64,000 nucleotides of DNA from an uncultured Candidatus Saccharibacteria bacterium (GTDB lineage Bacteria; Patescibacteriota; Doudnabacteria; UBA920), in contig CAZHIA010000005.1 in assembly GCA_964532425.1 (NCBI GenBank), forward strand, positions 2,772 through 66,771. The letters are read 5' to 3'. The notes under the pieces were generated by a model. That model was not told the origin of the DNA, made no database searches, and saw only the letters and a list, made by a program, of their open reading frames with translations. Positions 1 to 7,506 of the stretch are shown piece by piece. Position 1 is the stretch's first letter. Each line of letters opens with the position of its first letter. Made by a program: the position numbers and the translations under genes.

Positions 1-695
1 ATGGCGGCTGCTGCTTTGCGGCCTTCGGAGACCGCTTCGGAAACGACAGTGGCAATGAGTTCAACGGCCTTAGTTGCGTCGTCGTTAGCGGGAATGACAT
101 AGTCGATGCCGTCAGGGTTGCTGTTGCTGTCGACAATGCCGATGACCTTGATGCGGGATTTCTGTGCTTCCTTGACCGCGATGTCCTCATGCTTGACGTC
201 AGTGACGAAGATGGCTTCGGGCAGGCGCTTAACGTTCTGGATTCCTTCGAACAGTTTCTTGAGCTTTTCAATCTCGCGCTCAATAAGCAAGCGTTCCTTC
301 TTGGTGTACTTGGTCTCCAGTTCGCCGCTCATCTTGAGGTTCTCGAGGCGTTCCAGTTTGCGGATGGTGCGCTGGATGGTGCGGAAGTTGGTAAACGTCC
401 CGCCGAGCCAGCGGACATTCACGTACGGCATGCCACAAGCTACAGCCGCGGTTTTGACGATCTCGCGGGTCTGGCGCTTGGTACCAACGAACAAAACAGT
501 GCCGCCTTTGGCCGCAGTCTCTTGGGCAAACTTTACGGCTTTGGTGATGGCCTTTTTGGTCTTTTCTAGGTCCAGAATGTGGATGTTGTTCCGGACAGTA
601 AAGATATACGGCTTCATTTTCGGGTTCCACCGGCTGGTGGTGTGACCAAAATGCGCACCGCTTTTTAACAAATCTAACAGGCTGATTTCTTTCAT
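1..695 (-). CDS. rpsB: 30S ribosomal protein S2, 3' end beyond left window edge
   Basis: Minus-strand frame from ATG (comp. 695-693) runs to position 1 without stop, so it is absent from the ORF track. The translation begins MKEISLLDLLKSGAHFGHTTSRWNPKMKPYIF, typical of S2. Confidence 0.88.
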   Translation of the reverse strand, partial: MKEISLLDLLKSGAHFGHTTSRWNPKMKPYIFTVRNNIHILDLEKTKKAITKAVKFAQETAAKGGTVLFVGTKRQTREIVKTAAVACGMPYVNVRWLGGTFTNFRTIQRTIRKLERLENLKMSGELETKYTKKERLLIEREIEKLKKLFEGIQNVKRLPEAIFVTDVKHEDIAVKEAQKSRIKVIGIVDSNSNPDGIDYVIPANDDATKAVELIATVVSEAVSEGRKAAAA

Positions 696-1086
696 AGTGG
701 TATTTTGGAGGGGAAAACCCCGGCGGAAATAAAGGGGTTTTCCCCTTCCAACGTCGCCGGAGGCTCCTGCCTCCCCTTTCCTATAGTATTTTTGTCTGCG
801 AAGTAAATTCGACAGCCAAAAAACTATAAAATCCTTTCGCTTCTATTCCGCGATCCCGATGAAGGCCCTCAGGCCCATCAAGACAGGAAGATTGTGCGGA
901 ATATGCTTGATTAATTAGTAGTTGGATTATAGCAAGTCTTGACTTTTTTGGCAAGAAGCATTAGTATTACAACTGTATTTCCATCTATATCAATTGTATT
1001 TCAATAGTATATCTATCCAGCAGGGTCTGAAATACGGTAGAAATACAATAGAAATACTATAGAAATTAATTGTTGACTCAATTACT

Positions 1087-1347
1087 ATGAAAGACAAGAT
1101 TCATCCCAAATATCACGATAATGCCAAGGTGACCTGCGCTTGCGGGAATACCTTCACCACCGGTTCGACTGCCGAAGAGCTTCGCACCGAAGTCTGCAGC
1201 GCCTGCCACCCGTTCTATACCGGCAAGCAAAAGCTGCTCGATACCACTGGTAACGTAGACCGCTTCAAGAAGCGCGTAGCCACTGCCAGCGCCCGCAAGG
1301 CTGATGCCAAGCCAAAGAAAGAACGCAAGACACGCGCAAAGAAATAA
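1087..1347 (+). CDS. rpmE: 50S ribosomal protein L31, zinc-binding type (CxxC...CxxC)
   Basis: 86-aa [13 protein letters not shown]...CACG...[10 protein letters not shown] with a Lys-rich tail, as in the L31 family. Confidence 0.9.
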   Translation: MKDKIHPKYHDNAKVTCACGNTFTTGSTAEELRTEVCSACHPFYTGKQKLLDTTGNVDRFKKRVATASARKADAKPKKERKTRAKK

Positions 1348-1348
1348 G

Positions 1349-1380
1349 GATCGCAGATCTTTTCTGCACGCTGATTACAC
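1349..1380 (+). repeat. 32-bp post-stop element GATCGCAGATCTTTTCTGCACGCtGATTACAC, copy 1; second copy at 46132-46163
   Basis: Near-identical sequence (1 mismatch) immediately after the rpmE stop and overlapping the recR stop. It contains an internal hairpin GCAGA-TCTTT-TCTGC. Confidence 0.6.
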
Positions 1381-1387
1381 TGATAAA

Positions 1388-1411
1388 CCCCGTCCATGTG
1401 GACGGGGTTTT
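1388..1411 (+). terminator. Rho-independent terminator after rpmE
   Basis: GC-rich hairpin CCCCGTCCA/TGGACGGGG followed by TTTT. Confidence 0.6.
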
Positions 1412-1475
1412 GCTATTGACAACCAGGCATAATCATGATATTGTGCTTTGTTTACTTATCACTAGGAGGTTGCAT

Positions 1476-1664
1476 ATGGGTAGCGATAGCAACACTGTTT
1501 CTGGACCGGGTTCTGCCCCGGCTCAAAGCGATATGGGCCGCATCCGTGAAGCTATGGAGGCTCACGAAGGCGGTGGTCCGGCCACGGAAGTGGACACGGA
1601 CGAAGCCGTAGAAAAGGCCAAGAAAGCTCTCAATGAGGGCTTGGCTAATCGCATGAATCGCTAA
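1476..1664 (+). CDS. hypothetical small acidic protein (62 aa)
   Basis: AGGAGG at 1464-1469, 6 nt before ATG 1476. The ORF track's 1398 start lacks an SD. A terminator hairpin follows at 1686-1710. Confidence 0.5.
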   Translation: MGSDSNTVSGPGSAPAQSDMGRIREAMEAHEGGGPATEVDTDEAVEKAKKALNEGLANRMNR

Positions 1665-1685
1665 ACTGGCGCCGCAAGTGCCAAA

Positions 1686-1748
1686 AAGACGAGCCGCAAG
1701 CTCGTCTTTTCTGTTTATATAAAAGCGCGCATTGCTGCGCGCTTTTGA
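1686..1748. terminator. two hairpin terminators between convergent genes
   Basis: AAGACGAGC-CGCAA-GCTCGTCTTTT and AAAAGCGCGC-ATTGCT-GCGCGCTTTT. Confidence 0.55.
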
Positions 1749-1751
1749 GAT

Positions 1752-2216
1752 TTATTGTGTGGCATCGAGGAGTCGCTTGGTTTCTTCGAGCTGGGCTTGC
1801 CAGAATTTAAGATCCTGCTTGGCGTTGCAGTCAATGTGGGCATAGCGCGGGTCGCACAGCCCTGCACCATCCCAGAATTTGGATTTTTGTTCTGCCTCTG
1901 CCAGGCGTTCTTGAATGAATTGCAAACGCATACGGTGCCGATCGGCGCTTGTCTTCCATTGTTTGGCCAGCTGTTCGGCGGTCCCGTTTGTGTGCCAGGA
2001 AAAATTACTGTGTGGCTGGCAATTGCACGGCCCGATTATCTGCCAGGTACCTTGTGCCAAATCGATTCCCCGCGTTCCCTGACATACGCCTTGGACATGA
2101 ACCTCGGAACCTATACAACCAAAAACGATAACACCCTGCCCAGATGGATTATCTTGGATGGAAAAAATCTCCATGCAATCCAAAGCATAAGAATCGTTCT
2201 TATGGAATACGCGCAT
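1752..2216 (-). CDS. hypothetical protein (154 aa, Cys/Trp-rich)
   Basis: Strong SD AAGGAGG immediately upstream of comp. ATG 2216. The opposite-strand ORF 1755-2393 looks like an antisense artefact. Confidence 0.5.
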   Translation of the reverse strand: MRVFHKNDSYALDCMEIFSIQDNPSGQGVIVFGCIGSEVHVQGVCQGTRGIDLAQGTWQIIGPCNCQPHSNFSWHTNGTAEQLAKQWKTSADRHRMRLQFIQERLAEAEQKSKFWDGAGLCDPRYAHIDCNAKQDLKFWQAQLEETKRLLDATQ

Positions 2217-2304
2217 ACTTCCTCCTTTGTATTGCCGGCCAGCAGGCCAGCCTGGAAATCTGCTTTAGCAGAAGGTCTCGGGGCTGTACTTCTGGTAAAT
2301 AAAA

Positions 2305-2340
2305 ACCGTCCCGCCCTTTGTAAACAAAGGGCGGGACGGT
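2305..2340. terminator. bidirectional GC hairpin terminator (CCCGCCCTTTG family)
   Basis: ACCGTCCCGCCCTTTG-TAAA-CAAAGGGCGGGACGGT, a perfect 16-bp stem with A/T runs on both sides. Confidence 0.6.
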
Positions 2341-2481
2341 TGAATAATACACGTTCAAATCACCGCGGCCTTTGCAAAGGCAGGGCGCGGTAGGTGGACA
2401 AAGAAAATATTGATGTGGTAGTCATTTCATCCATGGTATCAAGAGTTTACGTTAGCTCGCAGTGCTTGTCAATGGCTGTAG

Positions 2482-3309
2482 TTAAATGTCAAAACCTTCT
2501 GCCCGCAATATCATGGTGGCAAACTCAGTGGCTTCAGGGTGGTTGCCGAGCCTATTAGAGAACCTGCCGCGAGAGCCGATGTCAGTAAAAATTTCAGCGA
2601 ACGCTTCGTTGGCGATCAGTTGGGCATCTAACTTGGGGTGCTTGTCTTTCTGTACTTCGCGCACTGCTGCCTGTAATTGCGGGTTGTTGCGGACAAAAGA
2701 TATCCAGTTAGCTTTTAACTTATTGTTGATCATTTGGATATACATGCTATGGCCGACTTCGTGGTAGAAATATTTGACTGCAAGCATGTGTAGGTATTCT
2801 TCGGCCTCTATTTTATCACTGAATTCTATTCCGTCATGTTCTTTGGCAGCATATTCATTGGCTTTACTCAAAATATCATTTTCGCGCACTGCAAAGTATA
2901 GAATTCGGTAACCGGAAATGTTATAGGCAAACCCTTTCATGGATCCATCAAGTTGAATTCCACGGTCGATGGCTGCTTCAACCATTCGGCGATCATCGTC
3001 AGGATTAAACTTTGAAAAGTCGTATCCCCTTCCCTCCATAAATGCAATAAAAGACTTATGATCGTTGAACTGATGATAGAGTTTTAGCCGTGCTTCGAAA
3101 AGATCAAAAAAATATTCTCCGGGTCGCGAAGTTTTTATGGGTAGTTGGGAGATATCGGCACCGATGTTTTGCTCGATGTCAGATTTTAAAAATTCGATCT
3201 CTTCTTTTGAGATGGGTTCGTAGACCGGAATGTTCTCCCGCCGTTCCCTGCGGAATGATTCCATGTCAAACGGGCGGTGTGCGATTTCTGGCGTGTAGAG
3301 TAAACTCAT
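2482..3309 (-). CDS. putative zinc metallopeptidase (HEVGH = HExxH motif)
   Basis: 275-aa ORF containing YHEVGHSMY. No further family assignment is possible by eye. Confidence 0.55.
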   Translation of the reverse strand: MSLLYTPEIAHRPFDMESFRRERRENIPVYEPISKEEIEFLKSDIEQNIGADISQLPIKTSRPGEYFFDLFEARLKLYHQFNDHKSFIAFMEGRGYDFSKFNPDDDRRMVEAAIDRGIQLDGSMKGFAYNISGYRILYFAVRENDILSKANEYAAKEHDGIEFSDKIEAEEYLHMLAVKYFYHEVGHSMYIQMINNKLKANWISFVRNNPQLQAAVREVQKDKHPKLDAQLIANEAFAEIFTDIGSRGRFSNRLGNHPEATEFATMILRAEGFDI

Positions 3310-3345
3310 ACGGTAATAATATCACATTTCTTTTTGTTTATAAGA

Positions 3346-3371
3346 AAAGCGCTCCCGGAAGCGGGAGCGCG
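3346..3371 (-). terminator. terminator hairpin downstream of small-ORF pair
   Basis: AAAAGCGCTCCCGG-AA-GCGGGAGCGC. Confidence 0.5.
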
Positions 3372-3387
3372 AACGTGGTTACCAATA

Positions 3388-3540
3388 CTACCATTCTCCC
3401 CTCCTCAGATCAACCTTCTTCTGCTGACGGCTCTGGCGACGCTGGTCCTTATGGACCCCACCGGTTTGTTTGGGGAGTGGTTTGCGCAAGGAGTCAAAGA
3501 CTTCCCTCGCGGAAATGGTGATGGGTTTAACCTTCTTCAT
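3388..3540 (-). CDS. hypothetical small basic protein (50 aa), not in ORF track
   Basis: AGGAGG (comp. 3546-3541) 5 nt before ATG (comp. 3540). Translation MKKVKPITISAREVFDSLRKPLPKQTGGVHKDQRRQSRQQKKVDLRRGEW. The SD overlaps the stop of the upstream 107-aa ORF. Confidence 0.4.
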   Translation of the reverse strand: MKKVKPITISAREVFDSLRKPLPKQTGGVHKDQRRQSRQQKKVDLRRGEW

Positions 3541-3541
3541 C

Positions 3542-3865
3542 CTATCCTCCTATGGATGTTTTGTATCGCTCGGCTGCGACGAGCAAGATGTCGCGCAGTT
3601 CGGTGAGCGGCCGGTTGTACTCTTCCGTGAACGGGCGGGCGCCCTGACCGTAAGCCTCACAGAGAGTGTTCAGCTTGATTTCAGCAAGTTCGACAGATTG
3701 GATAAATTCCCCGTTTGCCCGTTCAATAACGAGCATCTGTCTGAGTTGGCCGAGAGACTGATACGCTTCATCGAACTGCTGGGGGTTAAGGCACTGGGTG
3801 AGTAGTTCGAGTGAATACTCGAGGAATGCGTCCTGTGGAAGCAGTCCTTTATATAATTTTGACAT
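3542..3865 (-). CDS. hypothetical protein (107 aa)
   Basis: ORF with downstream-coupled small ORF. No recognisable motifs. Confidence 0.5.
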   Translation of the reverse strand: MSKLYKGLLPQDAFLEYSLELLTQCLNPQQFDEAYQSLGQLRQMLVIERANGEFIQSVELAEIKLNTLCEAYGQGARPFTEEYNRPLTELRDILLVAAERYKTSIGG

Positions 3866-3930
3866 AAAATTAGTAATTTGTCAAGTTCTGAATCAAGTCG
3901 GCATCTTTCAACATCGAAAATGTTCTGCAT

Positions 3931-3992
3931 TGTAGCGTGCCGATTTATCGGCCAAATTCGCCTCTAAGCAGCCGATAAATCGGCACGCTACA
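3931..3992. repeat. 62-bp palindromic element, copy 1 (22-bp perfect arms TGTAGCGTGCCGATTTATCGGC, 18-nt loop)
   Basis: Second copy at 41788-41848 has identical arms and the same first 8 loop nucleotides CAAATTCG. Confidence 0.7.
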
Positions 3993-4088
3993 GAATTGTT
4001 GCTAATTTCGATGCTCAAAGATGAAGGCAATGAACCATGCGGTTCATTGCCTTATGATACCAACCGGGTGTGCCGATCGATGAAACGG

Positions 4089-4880
4089 TTACTGCCAGAT
4101 GTGGCGCTGCGGTGCGGGTATTGCGGCGGCAGGCTTGCGATCGTCCTTTTTATTAAACAGCAGGATCGAACCCTTACCAGCGTGTTCGGGCAGAATGCGT
4201 TCTGCCAAAAGCCAGGTGCGGATGGTCTTGAGTTGCTCGGCGTTCAGGGATTTCTTGCTAACCAGCTCAAACAGCGTCGGACGGTCGCCCCAGCGGACAA
4301 TAACCGTGCGACCGAGCTGGTGGTCAAAGAAAGAGCGGAACACCTCGTGCGGATCATGCTTCACGTACCGCAGATGGTACCAATGACCATCGATCTTTTC
4401 GATCGTCTCGGTTTCAGACAGCTGGATCTTGGAGATCGACTGATTGAGGTGCAGATTCTGGTAATACTTCGTCGTGCGGTCGCGGTGCCGGCGCTGCAGG
4501 ATGCCGTTGTCATCGACAAAGAAGCTGCGCCACCGGTCGAAACCGTCAAAGTCCACCAGGTAATTCATCAGGTGGTCGTGAATGAGGTGGTAACCGCGCG
4601 ACGACCGGGAATCAACATGGTTGCAAATTTCCGCAAACACATCGTCCCACGGCTGCCCGACCGAGCGGTCGAGCATGCGATACAGCGGATGGGACCGGCT
4701 GCTCGGATCTTTGTGCATCCGAACTTTGCGGCGGACAACGAAGTTGTTGACATGGCCAACCAAACCGTCGTCAATCGCGAAGCTGTTGTTGGCGCGCAGA
4801 CGCAAAGCAGTTTTGCCGCTCTTTAAAAAACTTCCGCGGCAGGCAGTATTAACGATCACGCGGTCCATATCAGGCCGCAT
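4089..4880 (-). CDS. hypothetical protein (263 aa)
   Basis: Minus-strand ORF with GC3-rich codon usage like flanking genes. Preferred over the overlapping plus-strand ORF 3996-4826. Confidence 0.45.
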   Translation of the reverse strand: MRPDMDRVIVNTACRGSFLKSGKTALRLRANNSFAIDDGLVGHVNNFVVRRKVRMHKDPSSRSHPLYRMLDRSVGQPWDDVFAEICNHVDSRSSRGYHLIHDHLMNYLVDFDGFDRWRSFFVDDNGILQRRHRDRTTKYYQNLHLNQSISKIQLSETETIEKIDGHWYHLRYVKHDPHEVFRSFFDHQLGRTVIVRWGDRPTLFELVSKKSLNAEQLKTIRTWLLAERILPEHAGKGSILLFNKKDDRKPAAAIPAPQRHIWQ

Positions 4881-5030
4881 ATATTGTAGTGTCCTCCTTG
4901 AGGAGATCAGTCAAAGTATCAATACGTCGATGTATTGGAACAATGGCCGCATGGCATTCTCATGCCACTACTTAAACCATCAAATAGATTGAAGGCTTGA
5001 GCAGCGGTATGATGAACTGTGCTGTTCCGT

Positions 5031-5132
5031 GTCATTGCGAGGTCGAGAAATTTTGTGGTATAAATTTCTCGAGTGAAGCAATCTATTTCAAGGTAAGATT
5101 GCCGCGTCCGCCGGAGGCGGACTCGCAATGAC
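5031..5132. repeat. structured element A (GTCATTGCGA...TCGCAATGAC termini), candidate ncRNA or MITE. Paralogue at 10287-10392
   Basis: 10-bp terminal inverted repeats identical to element B. Internal hairpins CGAGAAATTT/AAATTTCTCG and GTCCGCC-GGA-GGCGGAC. Shared internal word TGAAGCAATCT. Confidence 0.55.
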
Positions 5133-5188
5133 AGCATACACTCCCCTCACTCAAATGCCGATTACCACTTAAGTGAGGGCGCCAATGG

Positions 5189-5447
5189 TTATTGGCGCAA
5201 GATAACTGCTTTGAGGCGCGAGCGTGGCTGGGCCGGTCGCGGTTCGTACGTGGCGACCGCGGTAAAGCCCAGGGCGACCGGGATGGCCAGGAACGGTATG
5301 GCTAGCAGCTGCCACAGCGGCGTGCTGGTGATCTGGCTCAGCTGCGTGAGTGCACCGTACCGGAATTCCAGGTAAAAGGTCATGCCGGCGAGGCCCAGGG
5401 TCACGAACGTCATCACGACGCCGAAGATCAGTTTGAGAGTTTTCATA
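5189..5447 (-). CDS. small membrane protein (85 aa, 2 predicted TM helices)
   Basis: AAGGAGG 8 nt before comp. ATG 5447. The ORF-track start at 5626 is unlikely. Confidence 0.5.
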
Positions 5448-5462
5448 GTGATGTCCTCCTTA

Positions 5463-5657
5463 TCAGTTTTGGTTGTCAAGCATGTCCAATGAACAGCCGT
5501 AGTAGTCGCGTTCGTTTTGATGCGGATTGCACTTGCTTGCAACTCCGAACCAGATGTCTTCTCCGCCGAACTTCCGGTACAAGGCTTCTTTGTTTTCGCT
5601 TTCGACGATGCGGTCGCGCTCGTCAAGCGTTCTCAGTAAGTTTTTGGATTGCGGCAT
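5463..5657 (-). CDS. hypothetical small protein (64 aa)
   Basis: GAGGAGG 4 nt before comp. ATG 5657. Translationally adjacent to the downstream membrane-protein ORF. Confidence 0.5.
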   Translation of the reverse strand: MPQSKNLLRTLDERDRIVESENKEALYRKFGGEDIWFGVASKCNPHQNERDYYGCSLDMLDNQN

Positions 5658-6122
5658 GAGTCCTCCTCAGAATCCGTTTTCTGAAATGGGCTCTGAGGAA
5701 GAGATGATTTTCATCATCTCGGGTTTTGGCCTGTTCGGCCATTATGTACCCTCCTTACTCTTTTTTGTTATTACCGTACCAAGGCAGATGCCCTGCTGCT
5801 CCCATGGAGTCGTAGACTCTGTCACAAATCCAGTCCCAGACCCAGACGAGTCCTCCCCTGCAGTCGCAGACTCAGCCCTTTTAGGGTAAAGTTGCGGGGA
5901 GTACTCCGAGAATATGGCTTGGTTTGTGAAAACCAAATCATTCCAAGAATTATCTTGAATATGTATGGTCATGGCAGCAGGCAGGTGCCGCGGCACGCGA
6001 GAAGAGGTCTCAGTGGTGCTGCTATCGATCGCTCTTCAAGCGCGCCGGGCTGCATCTGTCTCAGTGCGGCCCGCAAGCCTGAACCGTGTAACTTCCACAG
6101 CCCAAGCCTGCGGAAAGTCCGC

Positions 6123-7149
6123 TTACTCCACGCGCACGCGCAGGGCTGCAAGTTCTTGCAGGGCCTGCTGGCGCAGTGTTTCGGCGGAAGACCGAAGTTG
6201 CTCCTGGTCGCGGGCGTACTGCTTCAAAGCTGTCTGGTGGTTAGCCAGCAGCTCGTCCACAGCAGCCTGGTGCGAGGCATACGCGAGTTGGTACTCGCCG
6301 AATGCCTGCTGGTACGAACGCTCCTGTTCCAGGTTGTAAGCCCGTACGGCGTCCTTGACCTGCTTCTTCAGCCCGTTCAGCTGCTTCTGCAGGTCATTGT
6401 ACTCAGCTTGAAGCGCGTTACGCTGCTCGGCGAAACCCACCAGCTCTTCGGCGGAGTACGCCTTCTCCCACCGGGTCACGACGACACCGGTCTGAGTCAT
6501 TTGCTCACCGCCTTTCGGCAGCGGACGAATGAGCTCGCGGAAGAGGCTCCCCTGCTCGGAGAGCAACTTGCCGATTGCAGCGGCGCGGGCGTTCAGTTCG
6601 TTCGCCTTTTTCCAGAAAGCGAAATCGAACTGCGCGAGAACCGCCGGCTTCAGGTTCGCTATCATCTCGTCGATGTTCGCGATGTCCATGAAGCGATCAG
6701 TTTCGCAGACCGTGGCAAGAGCGGGTCGCTCGGGCAGCTGCGGCGGTTCCGGAAGCTTGGGTCGCTCGGGCGCGTTCGACAGCTGCGGCGATAAGAACCT
6801 TCGCAGGTCCATCGACTCCAGCTCCTGTTGCAGGCGTTTGTACAACTTCACACCGTGCATCAGAACAGCCGTGACCGCGTTGCGCTCCGCCACCCCCGCA
6901 TACCCTTTCAGGTCTTCGGGCGTGACTTTCGGGCCGTCAATAGTCTGCGGTGTAGAGTTGCCAGCGCCAACGAACGACAGAACCTTGCGGAACACGCCGG
7001 CAACCGCATCGGTAATGCGGCCCCAGAACTCGTCGTTCTGCTGCTTGGCTTCGGCTTGACGGCGAGCGACCTCGGAGATCGACACACCACCGTTGTTGGT
7101 AAAGAACGTCGGCACCTGAGTGCCGAAAATCATGGTGAGTTTTTCCATG
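6123..7149 (-). CDS. hypothetical protein with C-terminal coiled-coil region (341 aa)
   Basis: SD GAGGGGG before comp. ATG 7149 (MEKLTMIFGTQ...). The C-terminal 130 aa is rich in Q/E/A/L heptads. Adjacent to rsr. Confidence 0.55.
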
Positions 7150-7506
7150 GTTTCCCCCTCTAAAACCATGATAAGTTCATGGCTTGAGAGGAGGAGAGAT
7201 GAAAATAATCATCTCTGCTGATTGCAATCAAAGTTGATTGCTTTCATCTTCCCTCCTTTTCGTTTTTAACAACTGGTGTGCGACCAGTATCACCCCGAGT
7301 TTAATGTCCCGCAGGCTCCCTGGACACTCCCCTTTAATTTGTCACTGATCCGGAACGGATCCCCGAGTACGCAGGACGCGTACTCGGGAGGCTTTCGGTC
7401 TTTTATAGCCCAGTGCTCCCGCCCTTTCTCCGCCGAGTGGCGGACGAAAGAGCGGGATTCGCGCAGTCAGACAGGGGCCCCGAAGAATTCGGGGCGGGCG
7501 GCGAAT

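Noticed and set aside
106-645. Plus-strand ORFs 106-645 and 189-569 and minus-strand ORF 280-630 at the left edge
   Set aside because: They are alternative frames and antisense of rpsB, which runs off the window edge on the minus strand and is therefore missing from the ORF track. The rpsB translation is an unmistakable S2 sequence.
3996-4826. Plus-strand 276-aa ORF overlapping the minus-strand 263-aa ORF 4089-4880
   Set aside because: The minus-strand frame has GC3-rich codon usage matching confirmed genes and a more protein-like composition. The plus frame is Val/Ala/Arg-biased, as expected for an antisense frame. Confidence in either remains moderate.
5892-6794. Plus-strand 300-aa ORF
   Set aside because: Antisense to the coiled-coil protein gene 6123-7149, which has an SD and coherent heptad composition.
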